DNA of 38,253 nucleotides, taken from contig CAXXMR010000029.1 of the NCBI GenBank assembly GCA_963663805.2, positions 1-38,253 on the forward strand, given 5' to 3'. Shown here in pieces: positions 1 to 7,189 of the stretch (position 1 is the stretch's first letter; each line of letters opens with the position of its first letter). This DNA comes from Sedimentisphaerales bacterium (GTDB lineage Bacteria; Planctomycetota; Phycisphaerae; Sedimentisphaerales; SM23-30). The notes below the pieces were generated by a model, which was not told the DNA's origin, did no database searches, and saw only the letters and a list, made by a program, of their open reading frames with translations. The position numbers and the translations under genes were made by a program.

Positions 1-1219
1 GCCGCCGAGAGTACGCAAGCATACCAGGAGTTAATATCATCAACATAACGGGCGTGAATATCCCCGGTTATCCCGCTGCCATCCAGACAATGCCCCGCCA
101 AATCCCCGCCGGTGCCCACAGGACCGCTAACCGAAACAATACTCCCGCCCCACCGAAGCCGCCCCAACTCATCACGAAGCGAAACTATCGTATAGTTTGG
201 GTCACTCACAAACGCAGCGTAAGGCTCCTTGCCCAGCACCGAAGTAACTATCTTGCCATCATCTATCAAAGCCCCCATAAGAGCCCGCTGGTCCTCCTGA
301 CCAATCCAAAGCTCCCCGCCGGCCAGATCAACCATCGCCCCGTCATAAATCCTCAACACACCCCCATCAAGCACAAGTTCTTCCGCGGAAATCTCCAGTT
401 CACCGCTCTGCACAAACAGCTTACCAGCCCCAGCCGAAGAATCAATCACCACCGGCTCAGTATCACCATTATCTATCATCACAATATCGCCCGCCCCCGG
501 CACCACCGTACCCAGATACTGATTTATCCAGTTACTCGCCTCAGCCCAGCTGCCACCCGTACCGCTGTTCCACATCAAAATCTGTTCCGCCGTCGTACCG
601 GTCGTCAGATTCATATAAGGCGCCGACCCGCCGCTGTCATATTCCTTGGTCAAAAAGAACGAACCCGGCGTATATTTGTCCGAACCAATAATTATCGTCA
701 CCACCCCGTCCGGCCCACGATTATTAAGAAAAGCCTCCAACGCCGTATCCGTACGATTTAAACTCATCACCGCCGTCGTACCGTTGGTATAATCCAGAGT
801 ACCCAGCAGCCGCAAATAGGGATGCGCGACAATCGGATTCGAAACCAGCGGCGCGTTCAGATAGTTTGTCGTACTCTCCGCCCAACCGTCCGAACCATCC
901 AGCAAACCATAAACCGGTATGTTAGAATAATTATAGCCCGGCAAATCATTTACATCCGCCGGCGCACCATAAAACGACAGATTCGCGTTGCTCACCGTAT
1001 CGATAAAGGCATCAGCCAAATCAAACTTGACATAGGGGAACATAATTCTTCGACAGCCGCAAACTTACCGCCGTACCATAATTACCGCCTTGATTGTAAT
1101 AGCTGATATAACTGTCCGCCCCCCCACCGTCCGCAGTATCAACCACCAGCGTCGCCCCGCCTGCCCACAATACCGTCCCCACCCAGAACCACCAGAAAAA
1201 AAATTATTGCCGACTTCAT
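1..1219 (-). CDS. Secreted multidomain protein with N-terminal DNRLRE/CBM96-like domain; runs off the window; two apparent +1 frameshifts near the 5' end
   Basis: Manual translation. ATG at 1219 with GGAG RBS and a signal-like MKSAIIFFLVVL. After a shift it reads ADSYISYYNQGGNYGTAVSLRLSKNYV; after a second shift (G4 at 1035-1038) it reads PYVKFDLAD...VYGLLDGSDGWAESTTNYLNAP and stays open to base 1. Not in the ORF track because it is truncated. Confidence 0.65.
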
Positions 1220-1243
1220 TTCATTTCTCCAATAATGCGGACA

Positions 1244-2273
1244 TCATCTGCAATCACGCACCGATTCCCTTTCAACCAGTTCACAACCAACCGTTATCCG
1301 TTGCGGCCCTTCATCGTCCAGCGTACCCAAAGAACGGTCCATCACTATTTCCGCCGCCCGCCGCCCCATCTCCAAACCCCGCTGACGTATCGTCGTCAAG
1401 CCCGGCCGCATCCACGCACTGAAATCCAACGCCGCAGCACCCAGCACCGAAATATCATCCGGAATCCGCAACCCCATCTCCTCCGCCGCCTCATATATCT
1501 TACGAGCTACGTGGTCAGAACAAGCGAAAACCGCTGTAAGGCCAGGCTCAGCCTCCAGTAGCTCAAAAAACCGCTTCGGCACCTCATCAATCGTCGCCGC
1601 CTCAACCGTCCGGCAATTAGCATCCGCACATTGACCCACCCGCTGCTCAAAATTCCGCCGCCGCAACTGTGCCCAGTTATATGAACTCTGCCATGCCAGC
1701 TGACCAATATGACGATGACCCTTACCCAACAAATAATCCGCCGCCAGAAACGCCAGCTCACCCTCGTCAGTCTCCACCGAATCAGCGAAAGACAAACGAT
1801 GGTCGATAGTCACCACCGGCAGATGACCCAGCTTCAACTCATCCACATGCTCGGTATAAAGCGGCGCCAGATGAGCCCACAAAATTATCCCGTCAACCCG
1901 CCGGTCCATCAAACCATGAAGTTGCTCCAGAAGCTGACGGCTGTAATTCGCCTCATTATCCTCATGCCGACACCACGTATTAATAAAGAAATGATTCGCC
2001 TCAGCCAGCGACCCCCTGAATACCGCAAAGCACCTCCGTCCAGAACGAATCATAAGGGGGAACAATAACCCCCATCGTACATGTCTTACCAGTCTGAATC
2101 CCCTTAACCAGAAAATTAGGCCGATACCGCATTTCCTTGGCAGCCTTAAAAACCCGCGCACGAGTATTATCAGAAACCTCACCTTTGTGCCGCAGAACAC
2201 GAGAAACCGTCGCCACCGACAAATTGGTAGCTTCAGCAATCTCCTTCAACCGAACTGCCGCTTTAACTTCCAT
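1244..2273 (-). CDS. LacI/GalR-family transcriptional regulator, split by a +1 frameshift at the C5 run 2012-2016
   Basis: ORF 2001-2273 has the LacI HTH (LKEIAEATNLSVATVSRVL...MRYRPN). ORF 1244-2239 has the sugar-binding domain (GHRHIG, AVFACSD, IPDDISVLG, LTTIRQ). Removing one G joins them as GIQGSLAEAN. Confidence 0.9.
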
Positions 2274-2376
2274 AAATTATTTTACTCAATACTCTAAAGG
2301 CATACCGCCCATCACTGACTGAAAATCAATGTACAACACCGACTTCAGCCCCAAAAACAACTACCCAGTACAGACA

Positions 2377-2411
2377 GAAGTTCGCGGCCTCACCTCGAGA
2401 CCGCAAACTCC
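2377..2411 (-). terminator. 15-bp stem-loop downstream of the PEP-CTERM gene (terminator or mRNA-stabilising hairpin)
   Basis: Minus-strand RNA GGAGUUUGCGGUCUC-GAGGU-GAGGCCGCGAACUUC pairs fully using G-U pairs. The U-tail is weak. Confidence 0.5.
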
Positions 2412-2430
2412 CGAATCTGATTTAATCCGC

Positions 2431-3207
2431 TTAGCGACGACGTCGCAGCAGCAAAGCAGAAATACCCATCAAAACCATACTCACCGGCTCAGGTACCACC
2501 GTAACAGAAGTATATAACCCCTTGGTCGTAACCAATAGACCTTCACCGCTGGTATTAATAATATCCTGCGCCGCGATAGCATCCAGGACATCATCCTCAC
2601 TCCAGTTACTCGAAAGAATCAGTAGCTCACCACCCGTAATATCGACATAGCTGCCCTCGCCGTAAATATCCATATCATTCAAAGTCGCCAGCCCCCCGGA
2701 TATATTGAAATATCCCTCATTCACTCCGCCGTCACTGACCCCAACCCGCAAAATACTGGACAAGGTTAATATCCCGTCGCCCATCAGATTGATTTCCATA
2801 TCACAGCCGTTTTTCCACGGACGAATCTCAGGGCCAAACAACTCCCCTTCGATATTGATCGTACCATACTGAGGACCAGCATAAGTCGCCGAATCATTCC
2901 CGCTGCCGAAAATTTTATCCGTGAAACCAACCTTACCAGTCGGATCGATATGCAAAGTACCATCATAAAATAAAAAGCGATAGTAAAGTCCAAGATAGTT
3001 CGGATTGGCAACACCTCCGATAGTTGCATCCGTCAGGTTGTAACTCTCATGCAAAGGTGAATTGTTGGGACCACCAGAATACACCCCCTTGACATATATG
3101 GTACCACCTGCCGAACCGCCAATGTGCGGCGTATAGACCGCCCAACCAGCAACACTTACAGCCAAAACCAAAACCAGTGACATTTTCCAACTACTGCGCA
3201 TCTTCAT
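2431..3207 (-). CDS. PEP-CTERM sorting-domain exported protein
   Basis: C-terminus VVPEPVSMVLMGISALLLRRRR and an N-terminal signal peptide. ATG at 3207 is preceded by AAGGAGG. Confidence 0.92.
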   Translation of the reverse strand: MKMRSSWKMSLVLVLAVSVAGWAVYTPHIGGSAGGTIYVKGVYSGGPNNSPLHESYNLTDATIGGVANPNYLGLYYRFLFYDGTLHIDPTGKVGFTDKIFGSGNDSATYAGPQYGTINIEGELFGPEIRPWKNGCDMEINLMGDGILTLSSILRVGVSDGGVNEGYFNISGGLATLNDMDIYGEGSYVDITGGELLILSSNWSEDDVLDAIAAQDIINTSGEGLLVTTKGLYTSVTVVPEPVSMVLMGISALLLRRRR

Positions 3208-3474
3208 TTGCCGTGCCTCCTTAACAATAGAACACTTCAAATAAACCTCTCTGGCCCGACCACCGGGACAGATTCCTATTCCCAAACTTATATCAAAATC
3301 TTCTCAGATGATTGCACCAAAACATAACTGCCTGCTACAAAACAAATAAGAAAACCAAGAACTATTATTCACTTTTAAGAAAAAAATAAAAATGGTACGA
3401 CCGTATCGCAAACAACGGTGGTGCAAAAAAGAAAACTTGCCTTACGAAATCAAAGATTTACACAAATATGACTC

Positions 3475-3488
3475 CGCAAACATTTGCG
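3475..3488. promoter_or_regulatory. LacI-family operator-like palindrome CGCAAACATTTGCG
   Basis: Perfect 6-bp arms, one base away from the LacI/PurR-type GCAAACGTTTGC core. It lies just downstream of a minus-strand -10 and upstream of a unit encoding a LacI protein. Confidence 0.6.
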
Positions 3489-3499
3489 ACACTATATAT

Positions 3500-3528
3500 C
3501 TTATACTTACCCCACCCCGCAACGTCAA
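3500..3528 (-). promoter_or_regulatory. Sigma70-type promoter for the PEP-CTERM/lacI unit
   Basis: Minus strand TTGACG (3528-3523), 17 nt spacer, TATAAG (3505-3500). Confidence 0.55.
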
Positions 3529-3625
3529 GATTTTTTTTAGTTTTTTTACCCCGAACAGCATAACCATCGCAAAAACAAGCCCTTAACCAAAAACTATTCA
3601 TATGAAAAGTTTAAACAATAACACC

Positions 3626-3669
3626 CATATTTAACCACACCACCAACCATCATATTTAACCAAACCACC
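3626..3669 (+). repeat. 19-bp direct repeat pair CATATTTAACCAMACCACC (3626-3644, 3651-3669)
   Basis: Read directly; one mismatch. Confidence 0.7.
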
Positions 3670-3782
3670 TCAGCCGTTATGCACGTCAAACGCCGCAGGG
3701 CAGTTCGCTCTCGTCGCAGGAGATACGGCCGACTTAGGCTCGCCTCTGCCGGCGATGATGACGAAGGTCCGTTACAAAGCAC

Positions 3783-4414
3783 CTGGTACTCCCCAGCGGA
3801 CTGCTGTTTATCAAACCCCTGCGTCAGTCAATCGCAGCCGGTATCGCCGCGGCCTTCATCTTCGCCGGACTGCCCAGCGAGGCCTTCGCCATTACCAGTG
3901 ACCCCTCTGCCGGACTTCTACTATTACCACTCTAACCATCTCGGCTCATCCTCCATCATGACCGACCGCGACGGAAATGTCGTGCGGCATTATGAATACT
4001 CACCCTTCGGCAACGAGACCTACGCCGCTGATAATGCGGGCTACTCCGCCTATGATTCACCCTCCAACCGCTACACCGGCCAGGTATTCGACTCCGAAAC
4101 AGGCCTCTACTACTACAACGCCCGCTTCTACGATGCCGAACTGGCCCGATTCATCCAGGCCGACACCGTCCTGCCCCACCCAGACCTCACAGGGCCTCAA
4201 TAGATACACCTACTGCGAAAATAATCCGCTGAAATATGTTGACCCAAGTGGGCATTTTGCCTTTGCCGCACTGGCCATCGCTGCTGCCATAGGCGCTCTT
4301 GTTGGTGGAGCCGTAGGAGGCATAATGGCAGCAGCTACCGGCGGAGATGTCTGGACAGGAGTTTGGCAGGGTGCTGCCGGTGGCGCCATAGGCGGGGGTG
4401 AATTAAAGGGGTGA
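3783..4414 (+). pseudogene. RHS repeat-associated core fragment (polymorphic toxin remnant), frameshifted, with the toxin tip truncated
   Basis: FYYYHSNHLGSSSIMTDRDG...YEYSPFG...RYTGQVFDSETGLYYYNARFYDAELARFIQAD, then in the next frame LNRYTYCENNPLKYVDPSG followed by a Gly/Ala-rich segment. There are no upstream YD repeats. Confidence 0.85.
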
Positions 4415-4443
4415 ATTAAAGGGTGAATTAAAGGGTGAATTAA
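4396..4443 (+). repeat. Tandem repeat GGGTGAATTAAA, about 4 copies, forming the left flank of the IS
   Basis: Units at 4396, 4409, 4421 and 4433; the last is one A short. Confidence 0.9.
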
Positions 4444-4465
4444 GAAACTATGAAAGCCAGATGCT

Positions 4466-4495
4466 CCGGGACGAATTATGTTATAATCGTCCCGG
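4466..4495 (+). promoter_or_regulatory. Extended -10 (TGTTATAAT, 4479-4487) embedded in a hairpin in the IS left end
   Basis: CCGGGACGA(A)TTA...TAATCGTCCCGG inverted repeat overlaps TGnTATAAT about 70 nt upstream of the transposase ATG. Confidence 0.55.
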
Positions 4496-4555
4496 CGTGG
4501 TTGCCGCTGGGGCACCACAACTTTATTCTTCACAAGGATTAAGGAGCATCTGACC

Positions 4556-5659
4556 ATGGAAACTATTGTAGCAATCGACCTAGGTAAACGCAAGAGTGCA
4601 TTTTGCAAGCTGGAGACCGGCTCTTTGACAACCAAATACGCGACCGTCAGAACTTCCCCACAGGAGTTCCACGATATTTTCGCGCAGCTGGACCCTGAAA
4701 ATTCCATCGTACTTTTCGAGGTCGGTTCTCAGGCCGGCTGGCTGGCGGACATGCTCACGGCGTTGGGCCTGCAATTCAAGGTTGCCAACGTCAATCATCT
4801 CGCCTGGAAATGGACCAACAATCCCAACAAGTCTGACAAAGATGATGCTCACCGCCTGGCTATGATGTATCATCACGGCTTCTTTCCTGAAGTTCATGTC
4901 CCCAATAAACCGGTTCGTCAAAAACGCAGTCTCATCTATTATCGCCAAAAGCTTGTCAATCGCCAGACGCAGGTCAAAAACAGCATCCGGGCCCTGATGA
5001 CTATCATGGCCATAGACCTGCCTGATGGCAAAAGCTGCTGGACAAAAAAACATCTCAAGCAAATAGAAACATTGGCTCAGCCCTTCGCTGAAATAGATAA
5101 CCCCGAAGAACTCTGGCGTGGCCAACTGGATCTGGAACTGAAACAACTGGAGGCGCTAAAAAAATGTCTCGACCAGACCAGCGAAAAACTCAACCAACTC
5201 AATGACAAATCGGAAAAGGTAAAGTTGTTACAAACCGCCGTAGGAGTAGGTCCCCGAACCGCTGAGGCAATAGTCGCGGTTATTGATGACCCTCACCGTT
5301 TTAAAAACAGCCGCCAGGTTAGCAGTTATGTCGGTTTTACTCCCCGCCGCTATCAGTCCGGCCAAATGGACCGTACCGGCCGTATCAGCAAACGCGGCAA
5401 TCCTCTTTTGAGGGCGTTATTAGTTCAGGCCAGTTGGGCCGCTTTGCGATACGATTGGGCCCGAGAGATATACTTACGCGTCAGCCGAGGCAGCGCTAAA
5501 CGACGTAAAATAGCCATAATCGCCGTTGCCCGACATTTGCTTATTCGCTGCTGGGCCATGCTGCGCGACCATAAACCCTGGAAGTATAAAATACAAAAGG
5601 TATCAGTTAACACAAGGAGAAATCGACTGACCCCAACACCTCAGAGGTGCGTTCAATAA
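4556..5659 (+). CDS. IS110-family DEDD recombinase/transposase
   Basis: RuvC-like DEDD motifs AIDLGK, LFEVGS and KSDKDDA. C-terminal GVGPRTA, FKNSRQVSSYVGFTPRRYQSG (catalytic Ser-Gly) and GRISKRGNPLLR. AAGGAG RBS. Confidence 0.97.
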   Translation: METIVAIDLGKRKSAFCKLETGSLTTKYATVRTSPQEFHDIFAQLDPENSIVLFEVGSQAGWLADMLTALGLQFKVANVNHLAWKWTNNPNKSDKDDAHRLAMMYHHGFFPEVHVPNKPVRQKRSLIYYRQKLVNRQTQVKNSIRALMTIMAIDLPDGKSCWTKKHLKQIETLAQPFAEIDNPEELWRGQLDLELKQLEALKKCLDQTSEKLNQLNDKSEKVKLLQTAVGVGPRTAEAIVAVIDDPHRFKNSRQVSSYVGFTPRRYQSGQMDRTGRISKRGNPLLRALLVQASWAALRYDWAREIYLRVSRGSAKRRKIAIIAVARHLLIRCWAMLRDHKPWKYKIQKVSVNTRRNRLTPTPQRCVQ

Positions 5660-5769
5660 AAAATGAATCCGGCTCAGGTCGCATCCTCGCCGGCTTCCCC
5701 CCGGCTGACGCCGAATATAAAGAACCGTTTACAATAACCAGATTAACCAGAACCTAACGACCATAAGAA

Positions 5770-5980
5770 AAACAAAATTGACATGATTGAAGCTCTTTAG
5801 TGATCGAGATCGAATACAGTCGAGCCTGACGGACACCTTGGGCCATTTGAGCCCGTACTTAAGAATAGGCCGACTGCCGCATAAGTTTAATAGGCCCGCG
5901 AAATCAAAATAATCCCGCGGCAACCTGAATAGGAGCATGAGACGACCGATCATAACCGAGCTGCAGAAAAGGTACGTAAA
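5770..5980 (+). ncRNA. Putative bridge/seek RNA in the IS 3' non-coding end (boundaries approximate)
   Basis: CGGACACCT(T) at 5830-5839 is the reverse complement of the right flank AGGTGTCCG (6041-6049). ATTGAAG at 5786-5792 resembles left flank ATTAAAG. ATAGGAG at 5929-5935 equals IS right-end 6036-6042. Several short stems are present. Confidence 0.7.
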
Positions 5981-6041
5981 GTGAAAAAAAAGAAAATCAA
6001 AAAAAACTAAAATCAACCTTGACACATCTGGCTTCATAGGA

Positions 6042-6113
6042 GGTGTCCGGTACATTTTTTGATTGACATTTCCGAACGAAGAAACGGTGAACGAAGAAAC
6101 GGTGTCCGGTACA
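6042..6113 (+). repeat. Two GGTGTCCGGTACA motifs (6042-6054, 6101-6113); the second is preceded by a tandem 15-mer GAACGAAGAAACGGT x2
   Basis: Read directly; 15-mer units at 6074-6088 and 6089-6103. Confidence 0.85.
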
Positions 6114-6171
6114 ATTAATTTTTCCCGCCGTTCACTCTTGCCTCATCCCTCATCCCTCTTGCCTTCTTAAA

Positions 6172-6196
6172 AAAAAAGAGGTCAAATCTCTTTTTT
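6172..6196. repeat. Palindrome AAAAAAGAG-GTCAAAT-CTCTTTTTT (REP-like or bidirectional terminator)
   Basis: 9-bp perfect arms. Confidence 0.5.
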
Positions 6197-6209
6197 CCTT
6201 GTTTGAAAA

Positions 6210-6348
6210 TAAAAACACCCCCTGCCCAAGGCAGCACCTCGCCGTTAATCATTCAGCCCTCGACCGCAGGTCGAAACCTAGCCGTTCACTTCTGCCTCAT
6301 GCCTAATGCCTCTTGCCTTCTTAAATGCCTCATCCCTCCTGCCTTTCT
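6210..6348 (+). repeat. Structured intergenic repeat copy A: two small hairpins, GCCGTT motifs, then TGCCTCW-type heptamers
   Basis: Aligns with 6844-6957. Related heptamers also occur at 6127-6168. Confidence 0.8.
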
Positions 6349-6755
6349 AAATCTCAAAATCACCCAAAAAAACACTCAAAAACCAACCCAAAAATCAAAA
6401 AAATCATCAAAAATCGGTCGTCCCAGTCCAAGCCGCGCCGAAAACCCCCACCGCAAACACAACTTTACCACCGCAGTAACGCCCCAAACAGGCATATTCA
6501 CACCCCAAATCCCCCGCCCCCTGCCTCCAAACACTCTTTTTGCCCCCCCAAAAATCCCCAATCGCGCTGATTTGGCCCCCTGCAAATTGCGCATTAAGGA
6601 GACCCCCCCACCCGAAAAACCCGTTTTAAGCCCCAATCGCGCCTACGAAGTCACCCTCGCGCTCACAAAAATAAAGACTTACAACCATCACTCCCACACA
6701 AAACAAGCACTTACAACTATAGTCTAAATAAACTTTCACTTTATGGGCGAATTAA

Positions 6756-6829
6756 AGAAACTATGAAAGCCAGATGCTCCGGGACGAATTATGTTATAAT
6801 CGTCCCGACGTGGTTGCCGCTGGGGCACC
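6756..6829 (+). mobile_element. Orphan 74-bp copy of the IS left end
   Basis: Matches 4443-4516 with one substitution. It is preceded by GGGCGAATTAA, similar to the GGGTGAATTA flank of the full element. Confidence 0.92.
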
Positions 6830-6843
6830 CAGGACCCAGTCCA

Positions 6844-6957
6844 TAAAAACAATCCCTGCCAAAGGCAGGCACCACGCCGTTAATCGTTCAACCCTCGGCC
6901 AAAGGCCGAAACCAAGCCGTTCACTTCTGCCTCTTGCCTCATGCCTTCCGCCTGCCG
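6844..6957 (+). repeat. Structured intergenic repeat copy B
   Basis: TAAAAACA..CCCTGCCAAAGGCAG..GCCGTTAATC..CCCTCGGCCAAAGGCCGAAACC..GCCGTTCACTTCTGCCTC, homologous to copy A. Confidence 0.8.
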
Positions 6958-7075
6958 TCAATACCGCTTACCCAACTCCCCACATATAAAAAACACGCGA
7001 TTTATGTTAGCCCAACATTAACAGTCGTCGCCGACCAACCTCGCCACAATCCCATAACTCCCTAAAAACACAATA

Positions 7076-7117
7076 CTAACATCTCGCTAACGCAATCCTA
7101 ATGTTTTACACTATAAT
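7076..7117 (+). promoter_or_regulatory. Pho-box-like 11-bp-phased direct repeats plus a -10 upstream of phoBR
   Basis: CTAAC at 7076, CTAAC at 7087 and CTAAT at 7098 (exact 11-bp period), then TATAAT at 7112-7117. Confidence 0.55.
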
Positions 7118-7189
7118 CCTGTTCAGGATTGGTTATGATAATAGGGGTTTATCTGGAACTTGTGGATAATTAGAAAGTTAGGTGTTGAT

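Larger units (their letters stand above)
4443..6042 (+). mobile_element. Complete IS110-family insertion sequence, IS1111-type (sub-terminal inverted repeats, long 3' non-coding end)
   Basis: Inverted repeats CTATGAAAGCCAGATG (4448-4463) and CATCTGGCTTCATAG (6025-6039). AG dinucleotide at both boundaries (4443-4444, 6041-6042). TTGACA sits just inside the right repeat. No longer target duplication. Exact ends are inferred. Confidence 0.85.

Noticed and set aside
54..1561. Plus-strand ORFs rich in His/Arg/Pro
   Set aside because: Shadow frames of minus-strand genes; the C/A skew removes stop codons.
4396..4443. Possible CRISPR array from the short repeats here or at 6074-6113
   Set aside because: Units are directly adjacent with no unique spacers, and no cas genes are present.
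5729..6055. 108-aa minus-strand ORF in the IS 3' end
   Set aside because: No recognisable motif, crosses the IS boundary, and the region is better explained as non-coding RNA.
6241..6290. Integron attC sites suggested by GTT-containing motifs
   Set aside because: No RYYYAAC...GTTRRRY inverted core pairs flanking gene cassettes, and no integrase.
6203..6989. Several ORFs of 70-175 aa
   Set aside because: Low-complexity Pro/Lys-rich translations of repeats and C/A-skewed non-coding DNA.
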